Below, in pieces: positions 17,897-26,689 of a stretch of DNA of 64,000 bases (the first letter of the stretch is position 1; each line of letters starts with the position of its first letter). Source of the stretch: an uncultured bacterium. GTDB lineage: Bacteria > Patescibacteriota > Minisyncoccia > UBA6257 > 2-01-FULL-56-20. The DNA lies in contig CAWDZM010000001.1 of the NCBI GenBank assembly GCA_963807165.1, positions 641,471 through 705,470 on the forward strand. The letters are read 5' to 3'. The translations under genes were made by a program, and so were the position numbers. The notes below the pieces were generated by a model. It searched no databases, was not told the origin of the DNA, and saw only the letters and a list, made by a program, of their open reading frames with translations.

Positions 17897-20044
17897 ATGT
17901 TACAGAAAAAGCAATTTTCCGTTGAGATCGCAGGAAAGACGTTGACGATAGAGACCTCCGCACTCGCCGAGCAGGCGAATGCCGCAGTTATCGCAAAGTA
18001 TGGCGAGACCGTCGTACTTGCGACCGCCGTCATGGCTCGCAAGGAGAGCGATATCGATTGGCTCCCGCTTAAAGTTGATTACGAAGAAAAATTTTACGCC
18101 GCAGGAAAGATCATCGGTTCACGCTACGTGCGTCGCGAAGGCCGCTCGTCCGAAGAGGCGATCTTAGCCGGCCGCTTGGTGGATCGCACCATCCGTCCAC
18201 TCTTTAACGATAAAATGCGTCGCGAGATCCAGGTGGTCGTCACGGTGTTGCAGATCGACGGCGAGAATGATCCGGAATTCGTCGGATTGATCGGCGCTTC
18301 CACTGCGCTCCTTATCTCCGACATCCCGTGGAACGGTCCGGTTGCCGGCGTGCGCGTTGCGCAGACGCCTGCAGAGCTGAACTTGGGCTTTTGGATCAAT
18401 CCGGACAATAGCGCCACGGAAAAGAATCCGCCGATCTTCGACGCGTTCGTTTCCGGTTCCAAAGATCGTATCAATATGATCGAACTTGGCGGATTGGATG
18501 CCCAAGAGAGGGACGTTGTTGCCGGCTTTACGCTCGCACAGAAGGAGATCAACAAACTGATTGAGTTCCAGGAAAAGATTCGCGCGGAGATCGGCAAGCC
18601 AAAGGCGGAAGTTATTTTGGCGGAGCCGGATGCCGACATCAAAGCGGAGGTGCGCGCATTCTTGGCGGACAAATTGGAAGGCGCAATCTATAAAGCCACA
18701 AAGGAAGAACACACGACCGCCGTTGGTGCTTTGAATCACGACCTCAACCTGCACATCAAGGAAAAATTCGGCGCAACCAAAGAAAAGATCAACTGGAAAG
18801 CGTTGGAATATATGTTCGACGAGATGGTAAACGATCTGGTACACAAGAATATTTTGGAAAAGGAGCAGCGCCCGGATGGCCGCACACTCGACGAAGTGCG
18901 CGCGCTCGACGGCGAAGTGGGATTATTCTCCCGCACGCATGGCTCAGCACTCTTCGTCCGCGGCAACACGCAGGCGCTGGCGATCACCACGCTCGCGGCG
19001 CCCGGGGCCGAACAGCTGATCGAATCCATGGAGACCAACGCCAAGCGGCGCTTTATGTTGCACTACAACTTCCCGCCGTTCTCGGTTGGTGAAGTTGGTA
19101 ACTTCCGCGGCCCCGGGCGCCGCGAGATCGGCCACGGTAACCTTGCACGCAAATCGATCGAGCGCTTACTCCCGAGTAAAGAAGAATTCCCGTACACGAT
19201 CCGTGTCGTTTCCGAAATCATGTCTTCCAACGGCTCGTCTTCTCAGGCTACGGTCTGCGCAACGACGCTCTCATTAATGGACGCCGGTGTGCCGCTCAAG
19301 AAACCGGCCGCGGGTATCGCGATGGGTTTGATGATGGCGACCAACGCCGACGGAACATCCGACGTAAATAACTACAAAGTATTGACCGACATCCAGGGAC
19401 CGGAGGATCACCATGGCGACATGGATCTCAAGGTTGCGGGTACAGACGACGGCGTGACCGGCATGCAGATGGACGTCAAAGTGGACGGACTCACGATGGA
19501 GATTTTGGCGAAGGCGTTCGAGCAGGCAAAGGCGGCGCGCATTCATATCTTGAAGACGATCAAAGCGGTATTGCCGACGCATCGCGAGGCGATCTCGCCG
19601 TTTGTGCCGAAGATCCGTCAGTTCAAGATCGACCCGTCCAAGATCGGTACGGTCATCGGTCCTGGCGGCAAGATGATTAACGGTCTCATCGCAAAGTACG
19701 AGCTGGCCGGTATTGATATCGAAGAGGATGGCGGCGTGTATGTCTCCGGTGTTGACCTCGCAAAGGTGGAGGCCGCCGTCGCGGAGATCATGGGTATGAC
19801 GAAGGAGTGGAAGGTAGGAGAAATCGTGGAAGGCCCGATCGTGAAGATTTTGGAATTCGGCGCGATCGTCGACCTCGGCGGTGGTGCAGACGGCATGATC
19901 CATGTTTCCGAGCTCAAACAGGGATTTGTGAAGCAGGTGGAAGACGTTGTGCATCTCGGCGACCACATCCGCGCGAAGATCATCAAGGCAGAGAACGGCA
20001 AGATCGGCTTGTCGTTGAAGCAGATGGAGCAACCGGCGGCGTAA
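17897..20044 (+). CDS. pnp: polyribonucleotide nucleotidyltransferase (PNPase)
   Basis: YAAGKI, RLVDRTIRPLF, FMLHYNFPPFSVGE, GRREIGHG and GDMDLKVAGT motifs, plus KH and S1 domains. Confidence 0.98.
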   Translation: MLQKKQFSVEIAGKTLTIETSALAEQANAAVIAKYGETVVLATAVMARKESDIDWLPLKVDYEEKFYAAGKIIGSRYVRREGRSSEEAILAGRLVDRTIRPLFNDKMRREIQVVVTVLQIDGENDPEFVGLIGASTALLISDIPWNGPVAGVRVAQTPAELNLGFWINPDNSATEKNPPIFDAFVSGSKDRINMIELGGLDAQERDVVAGFTLAQKEINKLIEFQEKIRAEIGKPKAEVILAEPDADIKAEVRAFLADKLEGAIYKATKEEHTTAVGALNHDLNLHIKEKFGATKEKINWKALEYMFDEMVNDLVHKNILEKEQRPDGRTLDEVRALDGEVGLFSRTHGSALFVRGNTQALAITTLAAPGAEQLIESMETNAKRRFMLHYNFPPFSVGEVGNFRGPGRREIGHGNLARKSIERLLPSKEEFPYTIRVVSEIMSSNGSSSQATVCATTLSLMDAGVPLKKPAAGIAMGLMMATNADGTSDVNNYKVLTDIQGPEDHHGDMDLKVAGTDDGVTGMQMDVKVDGLTMEILAKAFEQAKAARIHILKTIKAVLPTHREAISPFVPKIRQFKIDPSKIGTVIGPGGKMINGLIAKYELAGIDIEEDGGVYVSGVDLAKVEAAVAEIMGMTKEWKVGEIVEGPIVKILEFGAIVDLGGGADGMIHVSELKQGFVKQVEDVVHLGDHIRAKIIKAENGKIGLSLKQMEQPAA

Positions 20045-20112
20045 AAACGCCCGCCACTGTCTCACTCTAACGTAGGAACGTCCACTCGCTTAACAGCGGT
20101 GGGCGTTTTTAC
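20041..20112 (+). terminator. terminator-like hairpin with a large loop after pnp
   Basis: About 20-bp arms GTAAAAACGCCCGCCACTGT and ACAGCGGTGGGCGTTTTTAC around a 32-nt loop. Confidence 0.55.
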
Positions 20113-20137
20113 TTGTCGCGGTTATAATGAGAAGAAT

Positions 20138-20788
20138 ATGCAGACAGAAAAAATCGTATATTTTGTAAGGCATGGACAAAGCTTGGATAACGCTTCACCG
20201 GTTTTTCAATCCCCAGATTCTCCACTGACCGAGAAAGGACGGGAGCAGGTGCGGAAGATCGCCGGGCGTATCGGCAAAATCTCTTTCGATGCACTTATCT
20301 CGAGCTCTTTCCGCCGAGCGGGAGAGACCGCTGGATTTATTGCGGAAGCAACGGGGAAAAATATTGAATACTCCGATCTTTTTGTCGAGCGCATAAAACC
20401 CACGAGCGTCAATGGAAAGCCCCATAGCGACAAGGCAGCAACTGTGCTTTGGAAGAAGTGGAATGAGAGTCTTTATGTGCCGGGTGTGCGCGCTGAGGAT
20501 GGAGAGAATTTCGACGATATCGTTATGCGCGCGGATAATGCCCTCGAATATCTTCATGCCCGGCCGGAGCGATCGATCGTTGTCGTGACGCATGGATATT
20601 TCCTGCGGACGATCCTGGCGCGAGTGCTCGTAGGTGAATCGCTGACGGGAGAAATATTCAAAAAGTTCCAGCGCGGAGCGATGATGGAAAATACAGGATT
20701 AACGGTATTGGAATATCAGAATGAATTGGAAAAAGCGGATTCCCGCTGGCGTCTTTGGGTCTATAATGACCACGCCCACCTTGGATAG
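20138..20788 (+). CDS. histidine phosphatase (phosphoglycerate mutase family) protein
   Basis: YFVRHGQS, SSSFRRA.ETA and VVVTHG motifs. Confidence 0.9.
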   Translation: MQTEKIVYFVRHGQSLDNASPVFQSPDSPLTEKGREQVRKIAGRIGKISFDALISSSFRRAGETAGFIAEATGKNIEYSDLFVERIKPTSVNGKPHSDKAATVLWKKWNESLYVPGVRAEDGENFDDIVMRADNALEYLHARPERSIVVVTHGYFLRTILARVLVGESLTGEIFKKFQRGAMMENTGLTVLEYQNELEKADSRWRLWVYNDHAHLG

Positions 20789-20822
20789 GGAGCCGGCTTA
20801 TCTATGCTAAAATAGAAGTAAT

Positions 20823-21251
20823 ATGGATAATCCTTTAAGTAAAGTATTAGCGAAGGCTCCGCCGCCACCGCCGTTGGAGGTGAAGATCCGCACGATGCGA
20901 TCAGATATCGACTCGATGATGAAGAGCGGGGGAGGGGCGCCGTCATTTCAGAATGTGGCGGTCGCAGGACTTTCTCTCGAAGGGCATCAGGCGCCGACAT
21001 CTTCTCCGACGCCGATGCCCAATCTTGGTTCGTTCTCTACGCCTAGCGCGATAGTGACGACCCCGATTGCGCCGAGCGTCAGCGTTCCAGCTTCATCCAA
21101 CGCGCCACTTACTGCCACACCCATTGGCCATGAAGTTGCGCCGGAGGCCAGCTCGGGGAATAGTATTATGCCCCTCGTGATCGTGGTGATCGTAGCTATC
21201 ATCGCTATCGGCGTGGTGGGATATTTCGCCTACACCATTTTTGCAAAATAA
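20823..21251 (+). CDS. hypothetical protein with a C-terminal TM anchor
   Basis: IRTMRSDI motif, Pro/Ser-rich linker and C-terminal TM. Confidence 0.7.
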   Translation: MDNPLSKVLAKAPPPPPLEVKIRTMRSDIDSMMKSGGGAPSFQNVAVAGLSLEGHQAPTSSPTPMPNLGSFSTPSAIVTTPIAPSVSVPASSNAPLTATPIGHEVAPEASSGNSIMPLVIVVIVAIIAIGVVGYFAYTIFAK

Positions 21252-21297
21252 AAATGCCCTCAGGGGCATTTTTATTTTATCCGGCAGATTATATATA

Positions 21298-22404
21298 TTA
21301 TTCCTTCTCTTCTGCCCCGGTCTTTTCTATAACTCCATCGCCGGATTTAAAAGCTTCTGTAGTTTTCTTTTTTATCTCCTCAAGAAGTTTTTTATCCTCC
21401 TTTAATTTCGTTTTTGAATTCTCAAAGCCGACACCTAAGCGTTCGCCATTGTAGCTAAAGCTCGCTCCGGCTTTCTTAACCACGCCATGCGCGACAGCCG
21501 CGTTTAAAACATCGCCTTCATACGAGATTCCCTCGCCGAACAAAATATCGAACTCCGCAGATTTGAATGGCGCGGCGACTTTATTCTTTGCCACTTTTGC
21601 TTTTACCCGATTCCCCACCACCGCCTCTCCTTTTTTAACCTGCGCGATGCGGCGAATATCGATGCGCACCGATGCGGCGAAGGGGAGCGCGCGGCCGCCC
21701 GGCGTCGTTTCCGGGTTGCCGAACATGATGCCAATTTTCATGCGCAGCTGGTTGATAAAGATAATGAGCGTCTGGCTGTTGTTCGCAATCGCAGTGAGTT
21801 TGCGGAGCGCCTGACCCATCATGCGCGCCTGGCGTCCGACATGCTGTTCTCCCATCTCACCTTCGAGTTCCGCGCGGGGCGTGAGCGCCGCGACAGAATC
21901 CACGACGACGACAGAGATGATCCCCGAGCGCACAAGGCTTTCCAAGATATTCAATGCTTCCTCTCCGCTGTCCGGCTGGGAGATAAGCAATTCATTAATA
22001 TTCACGCCGAGCTTGGCGGCGTACTCCGGATCCATCGCGTGCTCCGCATCTATGAATGCAGCCTTGCCGCCTTGCTTCTGTGCCTGGGCGATAACATTCA
22101 ATGCGAGCGTGGTCTTGCCTGACGATTCTGGACCGAAGATCTCGGTTATTCTGCCGCGTGGCAAACCGCCGACGCCGAGTGCGAGGTCGAGAGAGAACGA
22201 TCCGGTCGGGACGACTGCGACATCAACCTTACTGACATCACCGAGCTTCATGATCGCGCCTTCGCCGAACTTATCCTGAAGCGTGGAAAGAAGTTCGTCG
22301 AACTCTTTTGTGCTCGTATGTTTTTCTGCCTGAGATTTATGATTTTCTACCTTATGCCCGCCTGCCTTCTGCTCCTCAGCGCCTGCCTTTTTAGATGTTT
22401 TCAT
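21298..22404 (-). CDS. recA: recombinase RecA
   Basis: [24 protein letters not shown] and [10 protein letters not shown]. Start placed 7 nt after TG-A-TATAAT. Confidence 0.98.
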   Translation of the reverse strand: MKTSKKAGAEEQKAGGHKVENHKSQAEKHTSTKEFDELLSTLQDKFGEGAIMKLGDVSKVDVAVVPTGSFSLDLALGVGGLPRGRITEIFGPESSGKTTLALNVIAQAQKQGGKAAFIDAEHAMDPEYAAKLGVNINELLISQPDSGEEALNILESLVRSGIISVVVVDSVAALTPRAELEGEMGEQHVGRQARMMGQALRKLTAIANNSQTLIIFINQLRMKIGIMFGNPETTPGGRALPFAASVRIDIRRIAQVKKGEAVVGNRVKAKVAKNKVAAPFKSAEFDILFGEGISYEGDVLNAAVAHGVVKKAGASFSYNGERLGVGFENSKTKLKEDKKLLEEIKKKTTEAFKSGDGVIEKTGAEEKE

Positions 22405-22462
22405 ACGCTTCATTATATCAGAGCGGTCGTTAAATTTATATTAAGAAAGGGTTAAAAATCGA

Positions 22463-23203
22463 TTAAAAGGAGGCAGTCCCGGAAGGGCTGGTAGAGTTGA
22501 CAGACGGGAGGGTGTTCCCGGTAGAGCTGGCAGTGGAGCTTGCCGCCACGCCGCCCACTGGCTGGTAGAATATCTGCTCTGTCACGGTCGTTTCGCCACC
22601 AAGGAACTTTTTTGCGGAGATCTCAAACGGATTAGGGCCGATGCCGAGCAGTACGCCTTTCTGCCATGAACCATCGGCGCCGACGATGATCTGCTCTTGT
22701 TCTCCATTTGCACCGACAAGATAGAGTGAGTCCGCGCCGCTCACCATGCCAGATAATGTGATCGTGCTTGATGTCGTTACGTATGGATTTGCGTTGGGGA
22801 TTTCAACGACGAGTGTCGGCTTGCCAAAAATGCGCGGTGCTTGGAACGCAAGATAGATGAGGATCAGGATTCCCGCGCCGATCGCCCAGAGATATTTTGG
22901 TGGCGATTGTTTGATGAAGCGGTTGCGGGGAAGTGTATCGAAGCCGCCGGAATTTTTTACCACCCCTTCCTTTTTTAATTTTGCCCACCACTCTTCGCCG
23001 TCAAATTCGAGGACTGCGCCGAGGTGGAGGAGGTAGCCATGAAAGTACGGCGCCGATGGCATGCTATCGTAATCGCCGCGCAATAAGGACTCGATGTGTG
23101 CCGGGGCGATGCCGGTCATCTCCGCAAGCTTTTTCAGGGAAACGCCGCGCTCCTTTATCTTTTCCGCAAAAAAATGTTCGAAGGGAAGATCGTTGGGATT
23201 CAT
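22463..23203 (-). CDS. RodZ-like membrane protein (N-terminal HTH, TM, Ig-like domain)
   Basis: SLKKLAEMTGIAPAHIESL..GDY..MP...YFHGYL, one TM and a C-terminal beta domain. Promoter TGGACT-17-TAGAAT. Confidence 0.75.
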   Translation of the reverse strand: MNPNDLPFEHFFAEKIKERGVSLKKLAEMTGIAPAHIESLLRGDYDSMPSAPYFHGYLLHLGAVLEFDGEEWWAKLKKEGVVKNSGGFDTLPRNRFIKQSPPKYLWAIGAGILILIYLAFQAPRIFGKPTLVVEIPNANPYVTTSSTITLSGMVSGADSLYLVGANGEQEQIIVGADGSWQKGVLLGIGPNPFEISAKKFLGGETTVTEQIFYQPVGGVAASSTASSTGNTLPSVNSTSPSGTASF

Positions 23204-23221
23204 ATAATCTGATTCTACGGC

Positions 23222-23407
23222 GCAATAAGAAAATAGTCCATTTTACCCGCCCCCGCCACTTGCAAGATGCACTCCTTTTGAAAGGACGGTGTTCCGGCCT
23301 GCTGACCGGCCACCTTGGCTCTCGCCGCCTTCGCGGCTCCGAGACACCTTTCAAAAGGAGTGCATCTTGCAAGTGGCGAGGCGCAGCAAGAACTATTTTC
23401 TTATTGC
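23222..23407. repeat. cruciform palindromic element, copy 2
   Basis: Perfect 32-bp IR (23254-23285 and 23347-23378) plus an outer 16-bp IR (23222-23237 and 23392-23407). The 61-nt core is homologous to 2681-2741. Confidence 0.9.
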
Positions 23408-23469
23408 TTGAGTGATAAAATAAAAAAAACAAAAGACCCAGAAATGGGTCTTTTGTTTTCGTCCAACAT
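23401..23469 (-). CDS. putative 22-aa leader peptide MLDENKRPISGSFVFFILSLKQ
   Basis: SD GAGGAGGAG ends 8 nt before the ATG. The ORF passes through the terminator hairpin. Confidence 0.3.
   Translation of the reverse strand: MLDENKRPISGSFVFFILSLKQ
23422..23459 (-). terminator. intrinsic terminator
   Basis: AAAACAAAAGACCCA-TTTC-TGGGTCTTTTGTTTT followed by a T-tract on the minus strand. Confidence 0.8.
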
Positions 23470-23496
23470 AGTGCGGACTCCTCCTCGCCAGTTGGT
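23422..23496 (-). ncRNA. short transcript (RNA2), antisense partner of the tRNA-like RNA
   Basis: Promoter TTGACG(23530-23525)-16-TAAAAT(23508-23503). The 5' end CCAACUGGCGAGGAGGA is complementary to the loop of RNA1, and it ends in an intrinsic terminator. Confidence 0.55.
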
Positions 23497-23566
23497 AATT
23501 CTATTTTACTTGAAAAGAACAACCCGTCAAATTGCATTTAACAATTTTTTAATAATTCTTCGTCGG

Positions 23567-23637
23567 TGGTGGAAGAGAGGGGAGTCGAACCCCTTGGACC
23601 CAACTGGCGAGAAGGATCCCGCAACCGTGCCTCCCCC
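23567..23637 (-). ncRNA. tRNA-like RNA with a 12-nt guide-like loop (RNA1)
   Basis: GGGGGAG GCA-CGGT-TGC G GGATCC-TTCTCGCCAGTT-GGGTCC A AGGGG-TTCGACT-CCCCT CTCTTCC ACCA. TATAAT at 23655-23650. Confidence 0.7.
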
Positions 23638-23731
23638 ACCACAAAAACGATTATAACTATCGCAGATTAAATTTCTCTAAAATAAAAAATCGCCGTCGCT
23701 TGGGAAGGGGCGACGACGAGGTGGTATAGTG

Positions 23732-24289
23732 CTATTGAATCATTGGCGGGTAGCTGAGGCTTTGCAGTATCAGATTTTTCCCTTCCGCGAACTTCGTATC
23801 TGCATCGGCAAAGCGATGATGGTTGGTAAGCGCGATATGCCCCTGCTCCATCGCTTTATATGCCGAGGTTTGAATAGTGAACCACTCGCACATTCGTTGG
23901 AAGCCTTGTGCGATTTCTTCCAGTGTATGCTTCGAGTTCCACGTTCTCTGGTGGAGGAATATTCCGACAGAGTGCTTGAACGAATGAAGCACGATTGTTT
24001 CGCCGCAGACAACATAGTTTGTCCAGTTGAAAGTATCTATGCCGAGCGCGACATCCTGGCTGTCGAGCACAAAACGGCTGATAGTGAGGGGGTCCTTGGT
24101 GAGTCCGAGGAGTATTTCCATCCGCGAAAGAACATAGTCCGGGTCGGTAAGGATACCCTCGAATCGCCAACACGCTTCCACGACGTTGTAATTAATATTA
24201 CAACGGCGATTCAAGATTTTGAGACCTCTGAGTTTTTCCTCAAACTTCTTTTCGTACAGTTGGTCGTATGCTGTCCGAAGATTCTGCAT
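23732..24289 (-). CDS. orphan hypothetical protein
   Basis: 185-aa ORF with an upstream TTGACA-17-TAAAAA promoter and a downstream terminator-like hairpin at about 23685-23719. Confidence 0.55.
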   Translation of the reverse strand: MQNLRTAYDQLYEKKFEEKLRGLKILNRRCNINYNVVEACWRFEGILTDPDYVLSRMEILLGLTKDPLTISRFVLDSQDVALGIDTFNWTNYVVCGETIVLHSFKHSVGIFLHQRTWNSKHTLEEIAQGFQRMCEWFTIQTSAYKAMEQGHIALTNHHRFADADTKFAEGKNLILQSLSYPPMIQ

Positions 24290-24420
24290 TACGCCGATTT
24301 AGAGGGTAAATTTCATAACCCATCCTTTCATGCCGCACTGAAGCGGAGTGATGCTTTAATAGGGCATCAGACCTAAACTGTATTCTTTTTATTCCTTTTC
24401 CTAAGATGTGTCAATTAAGA

Positions 24421-26631
24421 CTACGAAAGTCGCTGATCGATCTTCTCGATATTCACGTCGCGGGGCTTGGCACCGTCGCCGGGGCCGATGAGGTCGGCGG
24501 CTTCCATGAGGTCGAGCAGGCGCGCGGCGCGGGCGTAGCCAACTTTGAGGCGGCGCTGGAGCAATGATGCGGACGCTTTCTTGGCTTCGGCAACGACGGC
24601 GACGGCTTCGTCAAACATATCATCCTCACTTTCTTCACTCTCGCCGCTCGCGTTGATAAAGTGGTCAAAACCTGCAGGCATGATCGGTCCGGCCTTGTCG
24701 ATATTCTCCTCGCCATCTTCCGACGGCTCAGGCATCTCCACTTTATTATTCTCTTTTATAAATTCAACCACACTCTTTAATTCTTCTTCGGTGATGTACG
24801 AACCTTGGATACGTTTTGGTTTGGAAAGTTCCGCGGATAGGAAGAGGAGGTCGCCATGGCCGAGCAGTTTTTCTGCGCCAGCGCCATCTAAGATGGTGCG
24901 CGAATCGATCTGCGACGCCACCTGAAGTGCGATACGTGCGGGGATGTTTGCCTTGATGAGTCCGGTGATCACTTCAACGGACGGGCGCTGCGTGGCTAAC
25001 AATAAATGAATACCGGTCGCGCGCGCCATCTGCGCAAGGCGCACGATCGCGCCTTCCACCTCGCGGCCGAACGAGCTCATAAGATCCGCCATCTCGTCGA
25101 TGCCGATCAAAATAAATGGCAACTGATCTTCTGGTTTTGCCTTTGCATTATAGCTCTTGATATCGCGACTACCGGCGTGTTGCAAAATCTCATAACGGCG
25201 ATCCATCTCTTGAATAGCCCATTTAAGAACGCCGAGCGCTTTTTTGTTTTCCGTAATGACGGGCGTGATCAAGTGTGGGATGCCATCGTACATGGAAAGT
25301 TCGACGCGTTTTGGATCGATGAGTACGAGACGCAGCGTCGCCGGTGAATTCTTATAAAGGAGTGAAGTGATGAGCGAGTGCACCAAAATAGATTTTCCGG
25401 AACCGGTCGCGCCAGCGACGAGCATGTGTGGCATCTTCTCAATATTCGCAAAGATCGGTTCGCCGGAAACGTCGCGGCCGAGCACAAAGCCGAGCGGGCC
25501 GGACTGCATGAATTCCGGATAGTTCATCAAGCTGCCAAGGCGCACGAGCGCGGCGGTCTTGTTCGGTACCTCGATGCCGACGAGCGACTTGCCGGGGATC
25601 GGCGCTTCGATGCGGATCGGATGCGCCGCGAGCGAGAGCGCAAGGTCCTGGCTGAGCGCGGTAATGCGCGAGAGCTTGACCCCCTCCGCCGGCTTTAATG
25701 TGTAGCGCGTGACCGCCGGGCCGACGTTGATCTCTCCCATCTCGACGGGGATGCCGAAGCTATCGAGCGTACGCTTGATGATGTTCGCGTGCGCAAGGAG
25801 GTCGCCGGTGGTCGGCTTGCTCATGTCGGAATTCAAAAGCGAGAGCGGCGGCGGGACGTAGTTGGTGAAGATCGGTGCCTTTGTGGATTTTTTTATTTTA
25901 CCTGCTAGTTCTTCGCCATTCTTTGCGTGGACGACGGTTGGCTCTTCCGGCGCGGATGATTTTTTATCCTTCATCTCTTTTTCGGCGGAAATTTTCTTTA
26001 TTATGGCAACTTCTTCATCTGCGCCGGTGACGAGCAAAGGAATGTCCTCCTCGTCTTCTTCGCCACCTTCATTATTCCATGGCCAGTTCACTGTGATCGG
26101 CACATTTGCGGTCACAAGGACGGAGATGATCAAGATAAAAATATCGATCGTCGTTGCCGCGATGACGCCGAACGGAACATGGAGCGATCCAAACACCAGT
26201 CCGAGCCAGCCGCCATGTCCGGGGGAGAGGAGTTCGATGAGGCCGAGCACGGAAAGAATGAGTAGTGTCGAGCCAATAAGCGTGGTGGCGAGGATGCGTT
26301 TCTGCCGCGAAAGCAGGAATACCGCTGCGGCAAAGAGCAGTGTGGCGGGCAGGATGAGATAGCCCCAACCAAGCAGGGCGTCGAGTCCACTATATATAGC
26401 GGCGCCAGCCGGCCCGGCGATAGAGAACCATGCGAGGACGAGTACCGCCGCCGCGCAAATAAAGCTGATCGCCCAGATGCTGTTCTTCGTCTCGGCGTGG
26501 AGTCGCGGCTCGCGCGCCGCCGCCTTCCGGCCATTCGCGTTGGCGCTAACACGTTCGTCGCCCGAATTTCGCCCGCCACCGTTGCCGGACTTCGACCCGC
26601 CGTTTTTTCCCTTCTTTTTCTTTTTCGCCAT
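24421..26631 (-). CDS. ftsK: DNA translocase FtsK/SpoIIIE
   Basis: N-terminal TMs, IRIEAPIPGK, PHMLVAGATGSGKS, ATQRPSV and gamma domain LLQRRLKVGYARAAR. Confidence 0.97.
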   Translation of the reverse strand: MAKKKKKGKNGGSKSGNGGGRNSGDERVSANANGRKAAAREPRLHAETKNSIWAISFICAAAVLVLAWFSIAGPAGAAIYSGLDALLGWGYLILPATLLFAAAVFLLSRQKRILATTLIGSTLLILSVLGLIELLSPGHGGWLGLVFGSLHVPFGVIAATTIDIFILIISVLVTANVPITVNWPWNNEGGEEDEEDIPLLVTGADEEVAIIKKISAEKEMKDKKSSAPEEPTVVHAKNGEELAGKIKKSTKAPIFTNYVPPPLSLLNSDMSKPTTGDLLAHANIIKRTLDSFGIPVEMGEINVGPAVTRYTLKPAEGVKLSRITALSQDLALSLAAHPIRIEAPIPGKSLVGIEVPNKTAALVRLGSLMNYPEFMQSGPLGFVLGRDVSGEPIFANIEKMPHMLVAGATGSGKSILVHSLITSLLYKNSPATLRLVLIDPKRVELSMYDGIPHLITPVITENKKALGVLKWAIQEMDRRYEILQHAGSRDIKSYNAKAKPEDQLPFILIGIDEMADLMSSFGREVEGAIVRLAQMARATGIHLLLATQRPSVEVITGLIKANIPARIALQVASQIDSRTILDGAGAEKLLGHGDLLFLSAELSKPKRIQGSYITEEELKSVVEFIKENNKVEMPEPSEDGEENIDKAGPIMPAGFDHFINASGESEESEDDMFDEAVAVVAEAKKASASLLQRRLKVGYARAARLLDLMEAADLIGPGDGAKPRDVNIEKIDQRLS

Positions 26632-26689
26632 TACGTGATTTATTTTAACATCAGTTCGGGATTTATGCATTTGTTATACAATAGAGGAT

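Noticed and set aside
23567-23637. Calling the tRNA-like RNA a normal tRNA-Ala or a standard tmRNA
   Set aside because: It has no 7-nt anticodon loop, no U8 and no full D-arm. It is far too short for tmRNA and has no stop-terminated tag ORF ending in Ala-Ala. The GAC GAA AAC (DEN) match to the E. coli tag in the partner ORF is only 9 nt and may be chance.
23729-24376. 215-aa plus-strand ORF and the many other antisense ORFs in the track
   Set aside because: They are shadows of genes on the opposite strand. Here the promoter and terminator support the minus-strand ORF.
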